Positions 49,454 to 58,546 of a stretch of DNA of 64,000 bases are shown in pieces. A model generated the notes under the pieces. The model saw only the letters and a list, made by a program, of their open reading frames with translations. It had not been told where the DNA came from and did no database searches. A program made the translations under genes and the position numbers. Source of the DNA: an uncultured Candidatus Saccharibacteria bacterium (lineage in GTDB: Bacteria > Patescibacteriota > Minisyncoccia > Spechtbacterales > 2-12-FULL-38-22). The DNA is taken from positions 341 to 64,340 of the forward strand of contig CAYMUG010000002.1 in assembly GCA_964393575.1 (NCBI GenBank), given 5' to 3'. Positions within the stretch are counted from its first letter, which is position 1, and each line of letters starts with the position of its first letter.

Positions 49454-49495
49454 AGAGGGGGAGTCGGTACTCAGGTGAGTACCGACTCCCCCTCT
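49454..49495 (+). terminator. Long perfect hairpin after the operon
   Basis: GAGAGGGGGAGTCGGTACTCA-GG-TGAGTACCGACTCCCCCTCTC (ends approximate). Confidence 0.7.
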
Positions 49496-49666
49496 CGACC
49501 TGTTCTTTAGTAAAAAGGTCCCCGCAAGTTATATACTGCGGGGTTTTTTATTTTGTAATAGTCATCGTCATAGTGATTTTATGTCAGTGTCAGTGTTGGT
49601 GCCTGCCATCTGCCATTGGTCATAATGGTTTTACGTCATCGTCATAGTCACAGTCATAGTGGTTTC

Positions 49667-50746
49667 TCACATCCCTCTCTTCCAGATCCTGTACTTGTCT
49701 ACCGCCCAACTCAACCAATATTTATAATTTAATTTATAATCCCGCGCGTGAAGGTAGTCAGTTCTAAACCCGCCGAATCCTTTTTTGAACAAAGTAAGAC
49801 CGTACCAGGGATGGCTTTTATTTTCCTCGTCTTTTGCAATACCCCAAAAGTTATAATATTGTTTACCTTTATTTTTAGCGTCCGTAATCGCACTCCACTG
49901 CACAAGGTGTGAGGCGGGAATTTTTTTATATTTTTCGTTTGTTGTATTCGCGCCATGGTGGTAATAAGCGCTGTGCCCGTAAAAAACAATAATAGCAGAT
50001 GCAACGGGGGTATCATTGTAATAACCTATATAAATCCCTATACCCTCTTCACCGAAATGATTGATTTGCGCTCTTATAAACTTTTCCGAAAATGGCGTAA
50101 ACCCGTGTTTATGCGCGGTTTCGTTGTATAATTTTAGAAAATCTTTAATCAAATCATCTGAAGTACCGCTTTTTACTTCCACCCCCTCTTTTTTAGCGCG
50201 TCTTACAAGGTTTCGCGTATTCTTGCGCATTTCCGCCATAAGTCCGTCTTCGGACTTAGATAAATCTATTGTCCAGGTAGTTTCAGCATGCATATAAATG
50301 GGTGCTGAACGATATCCCAATTCTTCAAATATCTCTCTGTTTTCTTCCGTATCTTTCAATAAAGGGCTTACTCTTATAAAACTTGTGTTTTCAGATTTTC
50401 CTAATTGTATAAAATAATCCGTAACTGTTTTTAGAATTTGAAATTTGTAATTTGAAATTTGTTTGTTACTTGTTATTTGGGATTTGAAATTTCCGTGTTC
50501 GCTTTGGGCGAACACGGGCCCGTGTGGAACAAATAAAAAATTACCGCGCCGCGCGTGCACTTTTACAACCATAGCAGCCGCTATAAGTTCTTCGTTTTTG
50601 TAAATACCTAAACGCCACACCTTATCCCCTAACCCGTGATTTAACTCTCCCCACGCCCACGAGTGTAGAAAAGAATGTTGCGTGCAGGATGTAATAAAAC
50701 CATCCCATCGTTCTTTATTTTCTATTTCTTTTATCTCCAAATCCAT
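49667..50746 (-). CDS. FemAB/FemX-family peptidoglycan bridge aminoacyltransferase
   Basis: FLHSWAWG, PHGP, IDLS, MRKNTR, YNFWGI, FKKGFGG. Confidence 0.88.
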   Translation of the reverse strand: MDLEIKEIENKERWDGFITSCTQHSFLHSWAWGELNHGLGDKVWRLGIYKNEELIAAAMVVKVHARRGNFLFVPHGPVFAQSEHGNFKSQITSNKQISNYKFQILKTVTDYFIQLGKSENTSFIRVSPLLKDTEENREIFEELGYRSAPIYMHAETTWTIDLSKSEDGLMAEMRKNTRNLVRRAKKEGVEVKSGTSDDLIKDFLKLYNETAHKHGFTPFSEKFIRAQINHFGEEGIGIYIGYYNDTPVASAIIVFYGHSAYYHHGANTTNEKYKKIPASHLVQWSAITDAKNKGKQYYNFWGIAKDEENKSHPWYGLTLFKKGFGGFRTDYLHARDYKLNYKYWLSWAVDKYRIWKRGM

Positions 50747-50753
50747 TAAAATT

Positions 50754-51995
50754 TTAAAAATTTGAAAGTAATAATTTAACCAACCTGCCCGCGTCTTTTT
50801 CTTTTGTTCTTATATTTGTCGGCAGATTTAATATTTCGGATGCCGAGCGCTCTGCGTTCTCGGTGTTGCCTTTATAGTTTACCGCCTGTTTTTCCGTTCC
50901 CTCGGGCGCGATAACCTCTTTATACCAATCCCCTAAAATAAACCCTTTTTCTTTCGCGAGTTCTTTAATTTTTTCGGGATTCTTATGCATTACGGGATAC
51001 CTTAGAAATATACTTCCTTTGCTATAATATTCCGGAATCTTAAAACCTTTTTTGTCTTTCAGGGCATCTTCATAAATACGGGCAAGTTTTTTTCGGTGAG
51101 AATTCAATTTATCCAGCTTATGAAACTGGTTCAGAGCAAGACAGGAAAGTGCATTCGGCATTTTGGCGGGGAAATAACTTGGTTTCTCCGCGCTTTTTTC
51201 CTGTTTGCTTACCGCAACACTTAACAACCGTAGTTTTTGAAGTGCAAAGAGTAAGTATTTGCCCAAAAAATTATATGTAGCCAGGATAAAGGGCGAGAGA
51301 ATAGGATGAAGCACTTGTTGTATTGTCCACAACATCGCGGGATAACTTAATTTTGCGAATTCGTCGTCCAATTCATTCTGTATTTCGCTTTTATTTGCTA
51401 TAACCGCCCCGCCATACACAGAGGAAATAACTTTGTCCCGGCCGAAACTAAAAAAAGCGGCATCCCCCATTGTTCCGACTTTTTTACTTTTATTTTCACT
51501 GTCCGCAGGCACATACTCCGCCCCGAGGGCGTGCGCACAATCCTCTATTACGGGCACCCCGTGAGCGTGTGCTATAGAGAGAATTTTTTCCATTTGAGCC
51601 GGGATACCGAAGGTGTGCTGTACAATAATTGCTTTTGTGTTATCCGTTATCTTTTTCTCAATGTCCTCGGGAAGAATGTTAAAACTCTTATCTATATCCG
51701 CGTAAACCGGTTTAGCTCCCGCCCACACAATCGGGTTTGCAACAGCGTTACATGTAAATGACTGAAGTATAACTTCATCGTCATCACCTATCTTCATCGC
51801 GCGCAAGAGTACATATAACGCGCTGCGCCCGCTATTGAAAAGCCATACTTTTTCCGTATTAAAATATGCAGCAAAACTATTTTTTAATCTTTCAGAGCAA
51901 CTCCCCTTATTCCAAGCGAATGGAGATGAAAAAATTTTTAATGCCTCAGCGACATCATCTTTTTCAATATTAGGTGAGAGAGAAATGTGAACCAT
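50754..51995 (-). CDS. DegT/DnrJ/EryC1/StrS PLP aminotransferase family
   Basis: NSGRSAL, QHTFG, IEDCAHALG, FSFGRDK. Confidence 0.88.
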   Translation of the reverse strand: MVHISLSPNIEKDDVAEALKIFSSPFAWNKGSCSERLKNSFAAYFNTEKVWLFNSGRSALYVLLRAMKIGDDDEVILQSFTCNAVANPIVWAGAKPVYADIDKSFNILPEDIEKKITDNTKAIIVQHTFGIPAQMEKILSIAHAHGVPVIEDCAHALGAEYVPADSENKSKKVGTMGDAAFFSFGRDKVISSVYGGAVIANKSEIQNELDDEFAKLSYPAMLWTIQQVLHPILSPFILATYNFLGKYLLFALQKLRLLSVAVSKQEKSAEKPSYFPAKMPNALSCLALNQFHKLDKLNSHRKKLARIYEDALKDKKGFKIPEYYSKGSIFLRYPVMHKNPEKIKELAKEKGFILGDWYKEVIAPEGTEKQAVNYKGNTENAERSASEILNLPTNIRTKEKDAGRLVKLLLSNF

Positions 51996-52004
51996 AATTT
52001 GAGA

Positions 52005-53630
52005 TTAATCAAGCGTGAGCCCGTTTACTATATTTTGCGGCACGCGATTCTCTATGAGTATGATATCACCCTTATCAGTTAGTTCCTGTGCCTTTCTCAG
52101 GGCTTTATGCGCGTCGGGTATCGCAAAAATAGATCCTTTATCCATACCTACATCTATAGCTTCTTTATACATAACTTTAAAGTAATCAGTAGAAGTTAGA
52201 ATAAAATAATCGCATATTGATGCAACCTCAGAGGCAATTCGTTTATGCACTCTCTCAGCTGCATCTCCTAGTTCTATAAGTGGACGTAAAATACATATTT
52301 TGTTATTGCCATTCATTGTGCGCAACACAGAAAGCGCTGACAGAACTCCGTGCATATTAGCGGTATAAGAATCGTCCAGTACGGTTGACTCTTTAATACC
52401 CTTTCTGGTGCGTAAAGCGTGCCGGCGGGGTTTAAACTCGGCTAATTTTTTCTGTATCTCATCAAAGGGCACGTCCAGCTCACGCGCTACGGTAACCGCT
52501 CCCATAATATTTATTGCGTTATGCTCTCCCAAGAGTGAGCTTTTTAGGGTGTATTCACGGCTATCCCCTTTTTCTTTTACTTTAATTTCAAGTCCCTGCG
52601 CAGTAGACGTGACTTTTTCAGCAAGAACTTTTTGTTTCGAGATGTCTATCGTAGGGTCTGTAGTATATACCCGCTTGGGAGTATTACATTGCCGAAAAAG
52701 AGACAAAGTATATTTATTATTGCCGTTAAATACAGCTAAGCCCTTCTCCGGAAGCGCCTCTATAAGTTCATATTTTCCTTCTTGTATATTTTTAAAATTA
52801 CCGAACAGAGAAATATGCTGATTGCCAATACCGGTAAGAACACCTATTTGGGGTTGTGCGGTTTCCGCGCTTTTTTTAATTTCCCCTTTTTTATAAGCGC
52901 CCATTTCCGCTATAAATACCTCGTGCTCCTGTTTTAAATTTTTTAATATTACTTTTGCTATACCTATCTCGGCATTTACATTTTCCGGGGTTTTTATAGT
53001 TTTAAACTGCCCACTGAGTAAAGAATATAGCAGATCTTTCATTGTACTTTTCCCGTAGCTTCCGGTTATGCCTATAACAAGCAAATTTTTCATTTTTCCC
53101 CTTTTTTCTGCAGCACGTTTTAATGTGCGGTTTTTGAGAAGCGCGGCAAGCGGATGTGTTGCCAGGACTGCCAATGACACCCCCGCGAATAAAAGGATAT
53201 CCGCCGCTATAAACCACACAAGAAGAAATTCTTGGGCGTATATAAAAACAGCAGCAGTACCTCCGGCATACAACAAAATAACTCCTGCGAAAACCAATAT
53301 CGCCCGAAAAGTAAACTTCGGTATTTTTATTTTCTTTTTTTGTAGTGCCTGCAGTGTGCGTACACCAAAAAAACTATAAAAAAAGAGAATGACAGCAAGA
53401 GCAGCTGATTGGGCAACACTAAAAGGGAGAGATGCTAAAATCAGCATTCCGAGAAGCCAGGTAAGTCGTTTGTTCAAAATAAGTTTTTTAGAAGAAGGTT
53501 CCTGAAAATGAACACGCATTCTATCCGCACGGTATTCCTTAACCTGCCATAAATATATCCAAAAAAGAGCGTTTCTTAGCAGGACAACACTCCAGAGTAG
53601 AAATATTATAAAAAGTATAATAAATGACAT
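52005..53630 (-). CDS. murF: MurF-type Mur ligase with N-terminal TM helices
   Basis: GITGSYGKST, EMGAY, DDSY.AN, LIELG. Confidence 0.85.
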   Translation of the reverse strand: MSFIILFIIFLLWSVVLLRNALFWIYLWQVKEYRADRMRVHFQEPSSKKLILNKRLTWLLGMLILASLPFSVAQSAALAVILFFYSFFGVRTLQALQKKKIKIPKFTFRAILVFAGVILLYAGGTAAVFIYAQEFLLVWFIAADILLFAGVSLAVLATHPLAALLKNRTLKRAAEKRGKMKNLLVIGITGSYGKSTMKDLLYSLLSGQFKTIKTPENVNAEIGIAKVILKNLKQEHEVFIAEMGAYKKGEIKKSAETAQPQIGVLTGIGNQHISLFGNFKNIQEGKYELIEALPEKGLAVFNGNNKYTLSLFRQCNTPKRVYTTDPTIDISKQKVLAEKVTSTAQGLEIKVKEKGDSREYTLKSSLLGEHNAINIMGAVTVARELDVPFDEIQKKLAEFKPRRHALRTRKGIKESTVLDDSYTANMHGVLSALSVLRTMNGNNKICILRPLIELGDAAERVHKRIASEVASICDYFILTSTDYFKVMYKEAIDVGMDKGSIFAIPDAHKALRKAQELTDKGDIILIENRVPQNIVNGLTLD

Positions 53631-54406
53631 TATTTTTCCCCTTTAATAAACAAAGAAATTTGTTTGGCAATTTCTTTCGGCGCCTTCAGGTTAATAGCAT
53701 GAGGCATATCAGGAAACACGTGCATATGGGATAAAGGTATAGTTTGGTGTAACAAAAAACCATCCGAAACCGGAGTAAGTACGTCCTTATCCCCCCATAA
53801 AATAAGTGTATGTGTTTTTATATGGGGTAAGTACGCTTTTAATTCTTCCGCTATAACCCTCTTTAGTATTTCTTTCATTTTAGGGCTCGCTTTTTTGTAA
53901 TCCTTTCGTGATGCAAACCGATGCCATATTTTTTTTACCGGTTCTTTGAATACAGAAAGCCCGGGCTTTGAAAACACCCAATCCCCCATTTTAGTCAAAG
54001 CTATAAAAAGCCGTGTTTTTACGTCTTTATGTCTTATTACTCCTGCCGCACTCATAAGCACTAAAGCGCGCAATTCTCTTGCGTTTTTTTGGGCGTATTT
54101 TATTGCTATTCTGCCCCCGAAAGAGTGCCCTGCCAGAACAAATTGATGTAAGTTAAGCGCTTTGGCAAAATTTCGGACAAACTCCATATAATCAGAAAGA
54201 TTCCATATGTCTTCGGGTTCATCTGTTTGTCCGAAACCGGGCAAGTCGGGCACTATAACTCTGAATCCTCTATCAACCAGATGTTTCTGAGTTTCTCTCC
54301 AGGATTCCGTGGAGGCAGACCAGCCGTGTAGTATTAAAATAGGCACGCCTTCACCTTCTTCAACATAAAATACGTTTAATCCCTGTATCTCTTGGTTTTT
54401 TTCCAT
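53630..54406 (-). CDS. Alpha/beta hydrolase
   Basis: LHGW, DLPGFG, GHSFGG, WG.KD, His. Confidence 0.9.
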   Translation of the reverse strand: MEKNQEIQGLNVFYVEEGEGVPILILHGWSASTESWRETQKHLVDRGFRVIVPDLPGFGQTDEPEDIWNLSDYMEFVRNFAKALNLHQFVLAGHSFGGRIAIKYAQKNARELRALVLMSAAGVIRHKDVKTRLFIALTKMGDWVFSKPGLSVFKEPVKKIWHRFASRKDYKKASPKMKEILKRVIAEELKAYLPHIKTHTLILWGDKDVLTPVSDGFLLHQTIPLSHMHVFPDMPHAINLKAPKEIAKQISLFIKGEK

Positions 54407-54555
54407 CTACTGTATTTTAAACCAAGCCCACACAAAGTACAAGGAGTGATTCACAAACTGCCATATTGCCATATTGATGCCCGCCGCCCGCTTCGCCGAA
54501 CGAGGCGAACAGGCGCGCTGAGGTAATTTAATAATATAGCAATGTGGTAATTTAT

Positions 54556-55098
54556 TTAGCTATGCCATTTTTCTTCCGCCCTGCCTTCTTTGTGGTTCAG
54601 ATAACGCGCGAGAGTAAAAAAGACATCGGAAAGCCGGTTTACATATGACTGCACCATTTGTTGTTGAAGATCCAAAGAAACGATTCTCCTCTCTGCACCC
54701 CTCGCCTTAGTACGGCACAAATGTATAAGTGAGGCGGCTTTGGTGCCTCCGGGTAAAATAAAATTTGTCAGCTCCGGTAAATCTTTTTCAAATTGCTTGA
54801 TAGTTTTTTCCAAAAATTCAACACGGTCTTCTGTTAGTTCGGGGGCGGGACTTGAATCTTCTGAGTCAGGTGCAACCCCTAAGCTGCTTTGTGCGGTAAA
54901 AATATCGCGTTGTATTTCTTTCAAAGTTTCATTTACTTCGGAATATTGAATAAAAGAATTAGCAACTCCTAAAAAACTGTTTAGTTCATCTAAAGCACCA
55001 AGCGCATGAAAACGCTCGGAATTTTTAGAGAACTTTTTTCCCATAGCTCCGAATAAATTGGTCTTCCCGTTATCACCTTGTCCGATATTTGGTTTCAT
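54556..55098 (-). CDS. PduO-type cob(I)alamin adenosyltransferase
   Basis: GDNGKT, LDELNS, FILPGG, RGAERR, NRLSD. Confidence 0.9.
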   Translation of the reverse strand: MKPNIGQGDNGKTNLFGAMGKKFSKNSERFHALGALDELNSFLGVANSFIQYSEVNETLKEIQRDIFTAQSSLGVAPDSEDSSPAPELTEDRVEFLEKTIKQFEKDLPELTNFILPGGTKAASLIHLCRTKARGAERRIVSLDLQQQMVQSYVNRLSDVFFTLARYLNHKEGRAEEKWHS

Positions 55099-55123
55099 AA
55101 TTACAACGAATCGGTTTTTCTTG

Positions 55124-55435
55124 TTACTTATTACTATCAATTACCTTCCCCACAATATCAAGACGGGTTACGGGGCCAAAGTGCCTGCTGTCAGTGCTGT
55201 TTTTGTAATTATCTCCTTCTACAAAATACTGTGATCCGCTTTTACGAACTATCCTTTTCATCATTCGAATAGTTTTATTTCCGGGATGTTTAATTACAAC
55301 TACATCGCCTACGTCGGGTTTTGTAAATAAATAAGCAAGGCGACTTACTAACACTTCATCCCCCTGCTTATATTCGGGTTCCATACTTTTACCCTTAACC
55401 GTATAACGAAAGATTGGAGAAAATTTAGAGGCCAT
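55124..55435 (-). CDS. sodX: Ni-SOD maturation protease (S26)
   Basis: GKSMEP, KR, GDN, STDSRHFG; follows sodN. Confidence 0.88.
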   Translation of the reverse strand: MASKFSPIFRYTVKGKSMEPEYKQGDEVLVSRLAYLFTKPDVGDVVVIKHPGNKTIRMMKRIVRKSGSQYFVEGDNYKNSTDSRHFGPVTRLDIVGKVIDSNK

Positions 55436-55441
55436 TGTTTT

Positions 55442-55499
55442 GTTCACTGCGTTCACAAAATCGTAACCCGTATTACTTATTACGGCGAGCGTAGTAAAC
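55442..55499 (-). repeat. Minimal structured leader element
   Basis: Stop, GTTTACTACGCTCGC ... GTGAACGCAGTGAAC, 6 nt, ATG; 13 of 15 arm positions pair (including G-U). Confidence 0.75.
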
Positions 55500-55955
55500 T
55501 TATTTAGCTTGATTCTCCATATTTTTACGGACCGCATCGTAATCATATCCTTCTTTTGTGCGTGCAAATGCTTCACCTACTTCATCCACACACTCAAGAA
55601 GATGTTGCGCATCTTTTTCTTCTACCGTTTTTTTTGCCTGGCCGGCGGCCTTTGTAGCCCTCCAGAATAAATCGTGAATATCGGTTCCCCCCGCTTCTTC
55701 CAGATGATGCGGTTTAAAGTAATCCGTCCAAAGAACCCACAAGTGATGCTTAACGTATTCTGCTCTTTCCTCTTTAATTAAAAGCGCGCGTTGCTTTTCT
55801 ACATCACTTTCAGAATTATGATAAATTTTAACCGCATTATAGACGCTTTGCGCTTCAATGCGTGCCTGTGCGGGATCATATACTCCACAGAAAAGGTCGC
55901 AATGAGCATACACATCTCCTGCGTCTATTAGTTTTGAGATAAGATTCTTAAACAT
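55500..55955 (-). CDS. sodN: Nickel superoxide dismutase precursor
   Basis: Leader followed by HCDLFCGVYDPAQARIEA; KEERAEYVKHHLWVLWTDYFKP. Confidence 0.93.
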   Translation of the reverse strand: MFKNLISKLIDAGDVYAHCDLFCGVYDPAQARIEAQSVYNAVKIYHNSESDVEKQRALLIKEERAEYVKHHLWVLWTDYFKPHHLEEAGGTDIHDLFWRATKAAGQAKKTVEEKDAQHLLECVDEVGEAFARTKEGYDYDAVRKNMENQAK

Positions 55956-55961
55956 AATTTT

Positions 55962-56140
55962 GTTCACTGCGCTCACAAAGTAATAATGCGAATGATGCTA
56001 ATTTTTATGCGAATGATACGAATTGTTTTTGGTTTAATTCGCGGCATTCGCATGCCTGCCTGCAAAAGCGAGGCGGCGGGCAGGCATTCGTGTCATACAA
56101 TTCATGATATTCGCATTATTATAAAGCGAGCGAAGCAAGT
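55962..56140 (-). repeat. Structured leader element
   Basis: TATAAT, then ACTTGCTTCGCTCGC ... GCGAAT/ATTCGC repeats ... GTGAGCGCAGTGAAC, 6 nt, ATG. Confidence 0.75.
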
Positions 56141-56166
56141 ATTAATTATAAAAATTGAGGTATAGT

Positions 56167-56400
56167 TTATGACTCAAGTAAATCTTCTAAGGCCTCTTTA
56201 TCAAAACCAATGAGGACTTTTTCTCCGACCTGAATAACGGGAACTCCCATTTGACCTGATTTATCTATCATCTCCTGTCGCGCTTCCTGATCCTGAGTTA
56301 CATCCTTCTCATTATACTCAATTTCGTTTTCTTTAAAGTACTCTTTTGCCATTTTGCAGTAATGGCATGTTGGTGTAGTGTATATGGTAACTTGTGACAT
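56167..56400 (-). CDS. Glutaredoxin-like (NrdH/YruB) protein
   Basis: TPTCHYC, GQMGVPVI, GFD. Confidence 0.92.
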   Translation of the reverse strand: MSQVTIYTTPTCHYCKMAKEYFKENEIEYNEKDVTQDQEARQEMIDKSGQMGVPVIQVGEKVLIGFDKEALEDLLES

Positions 56401-56594
56401 TTTAATGTTTGTTAATTATAAGCTTTTTCAATTCTAACACATCTTTAATTTTAACGTAACAGCAGTTGAAAACTTATTCAAATATCAAACAACAGAATAA
56501 CCCGTTTTTGTTAATCTGTTCTTTTGTTATTACTATTTTCTAATTTCTGCAAGCCTTGGCAATGTCGCAAAAAGGAGTTATAATTAAAAGCACT

Positions 56595-57047
56595 ATGGTA
56601 CAACTTACAAAAGAGGGATACAAAAAATTAAAACAGGAATTAAAACAATTACAGAATGAAGAAAAACCCAAAGTTGCAAAAGCTCTTGAAGAAGCAATAG
56701 CAGAAGGTGATTTATCGGAAAATGCTGCCTATGAAGAGGCTAAAGAAAAACAAGCAAAGCTTGAGGCAAAAATAAGCGAATTGAAACAAAAATTATCCAC
56801 GGCTGAAATAGTGGAAGAAGAAACAGGTGGCACAGCCGGCGTAGGAAGCACAATAAGAGTAAAAGACGAAAATGGCTCTGAGAAAACGTTTAAGATAACC
56901 GACAGCGAAGAAAGTAATCCTATGGAAGGAAAAATTTCTTACGATTCACCGTTAGGAAAAGCGTTTATAGGGCACCAAGAAGGAGAAAAAGTTAAGGCAA
57001 ATACCCCCGGCGGTGAAAAGCAGTTTGAAGTTCTGGAAGTGAAATAA
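56595..57047 (+). CDS. greA: Transcription elongation factor GreA
   Basis: LTKEG, GDLSENAAY, ISYDSPLGKA. Confidence 0.95.
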   Translation: MVQLTKEGYKKLKQELKQLQNEEKPKVAKALEEAIAEGDLSENAAYEEAKEKQAKLEAKISELKQKLSTAEIVEEETGGTAGVGSTIRVKDENGSEKTFKITDSEESNPMEGKISYDSPLGKAFIGHQEGEKVKANTPGGEKQFEVLEVK

Positions 57048-57079
57048 GTGTAAGAGATTTAAATTTTGGGATATTACCT

Positions 57080-57120
57080 AAAAAAGGTCGGCTAAATCAT
57101 AGATTTAGCCGACCTTTTTT
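57080..57120. terminator. REP-like bidirectional terminator
   Basis: AAAAAAGGTCGGCTAAATC-ATA-GATTTAGCCGACCTTTTTT. Confidence 0.8.
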
Positions 57121-57157
57121 ATTTTTAGTTGAGTGCCGGCAACCTCACAAACCAAAG

Positions 57158-57478
57158 TTATATGCCTAATATCTCTTTAACTTCGGATAAAATTTCTTCG
57201 GGCACCGGCTCCTTTTCCGGCGCCTTTCCGGGATAACGCCATGCTGTAATTATTCTACATCGCCGATTTTTTGTAAGCTGATACATCACCCATATTTCCT
57301 GATATTTTTTTGATTGAGCGGGACGCATCACGGCAATTGTATTTGCAACAATACCCTGTTCCGTCCGCTTAGGAAAACGAATGACACGCTTTATCAGCTG
57401 CGGAGAAAGTCGGTAGTAGCGCATTTTGTATTGAGCATGATTTGTCCACTGGTATTTTGAAGGTAACTTTGAAGGCAT
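57158..57478 (-). CDS. Hypothetical protein (DUF4258-like)
   Basis: WTNHA..KM, EIWVMY, IITAWRYPG. Confidence 0.65.
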   Translation of the reverse strand: MPSKLPSKYQWTNHAQYKMRYYRLSPQLIKRVIRFPKRTEQGIVANTIAVMRPAQSKKYQEIWVMYQLTKNRRCRIITAWRYPGKAPEKEPVPEEILSEVKEILGI

Positions 57479-57479
57479 A

Positions 57480-57737
57480 TTATATAACGTTTCCGCGCTC
57501 TTTGTTTAAAAGTTGCATTTTCCGGTTTAATCCCCTGTTGTAACCTCCGACACTACCGTCGGAACGAATAACCCTGTGACAGGGAATGCGCGGGTTGGTG
57601 TTTTTATTTAAAATATTTCCCACAACCCGGAATGCTTTGGGGTTCCCCGCCCGCCTCGCAACTTCTTTATATGTTAAAACCTCTCCTTTGGGTATCCCGG
57701 AAACTACTTGTAAAACTTTGTGACTAAACGAAGGCAT
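57480..57737 (-). CDS. MGMT/Ogt DNA-binding-domain protein
   Basis: IPKGEVLTY, RVVG, PCHRVI. Confidence 0.9.
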   Translation of the reverse strand: MPSFSHKVLQVVSGIPKGEVLTYKEVARRAGNPKAFRVVGNILNKNTNPRIPCHRVIRSDGSVGGYNRGLNRKMQLLNKERGNVI

Positions 57738-57745
57738 ATAACTAT

Positions 57746-58540
57746 TTATATGAACGCTGCGCTTATTGCAAGCAATCCGAAAAACAAAACAAAATAAGCA
57801 AAGTTTATTTTTTGAGCCAGTTTTAACAGCGCATGAATTGTTAAAAGCCCGAAGAGAAACGAGGATCCAAGAGCTACAAACACGGGTAATGTAAATTTAA
57901 ATTCGGAAAAATTTAATATTATATTCCCCGCAAGGACCACGGGTAAGCTCATAAGAAAACTTAAACGCAAAGAAAGAACTTCGTTTACCCTGCTTAATAA
58001 CAGGGCTGAAGTAGTCATACCCGACCTGGATATGCCGGGCAATACAGAAAAACCCTGAGCAATGCCCGTAAAAATCCAATCCTTCGCATTAATATTGTCT
58101 TTCCCGCGCAACCCCTTCTTTTTTGATACAAATTGAATGAAGGCGGTAAATAAAAGTGCAATTCCGACCAACAACATTATAGAATTACCTGTAAAAGCAA
58201 ACTCTCTTTCTGCGACACTTATTCCCCATAAAATGATACTCGCAATAATTCCTGTAACAATAGTTCCTCCTATTAAAAATCTGAGTACAGCTTTTGTTTC
58301 CGGATCCGCATGTTTAAACATAAAAAGAGATCGCGTAAGACGCCATACTTCTCTGCGAAAGTATACCAAAGCTGAAAAAAATGTTCCCATATGTAAAAAC
58401 AGTGCAACTCTTATTGCCTCCTCAAGTGATATAGGTTTGTTAAACAACTTGACCCGAATCAACGTTAAAATACCCTCCGAACTAATAGGAAGCCATTCTG
58501 TAATACCCTGAACTATGCCAAGAATTAACTGTTCCAACAT
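57746..58540 (-). CDS. uppP: Undecaprenyl-diphosphate phosphatase
   Basis: QGITEWLPISS, PGISRSG. Confidence 0.92.
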   Translation of the reverse strand: MLEQLILGIVQGITEWLPISSEGILTLIRVKLFNKPISLEEAIRVALFLHMGTFFSALVYFRREVWRLTRSLFMFKHADPETKAVLRFLIGGTIVTGIIASIILWGISVAEREFAFTGNSIMLLVGIALLFTAFIQFVSKKKGLRGKDNINAKDWIFTGIAQGFSVLPGISRSGMTTSALLLSRVNEVLSLRLSFLMSLPVVLAGNIILNFSEFKFTLPVFVALGSSFLFGLLTIHALLKLAQKINFAYFVLFFGLLAISAAFI

Positions 58541-58546
58541 ACTTGC

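Noticed and set aside
57158-57478. Toxin-antitoxin module
   Set aside because: The fold guess is weak, no antitoxin partner is present, and the gene ends a housekeeping operon.
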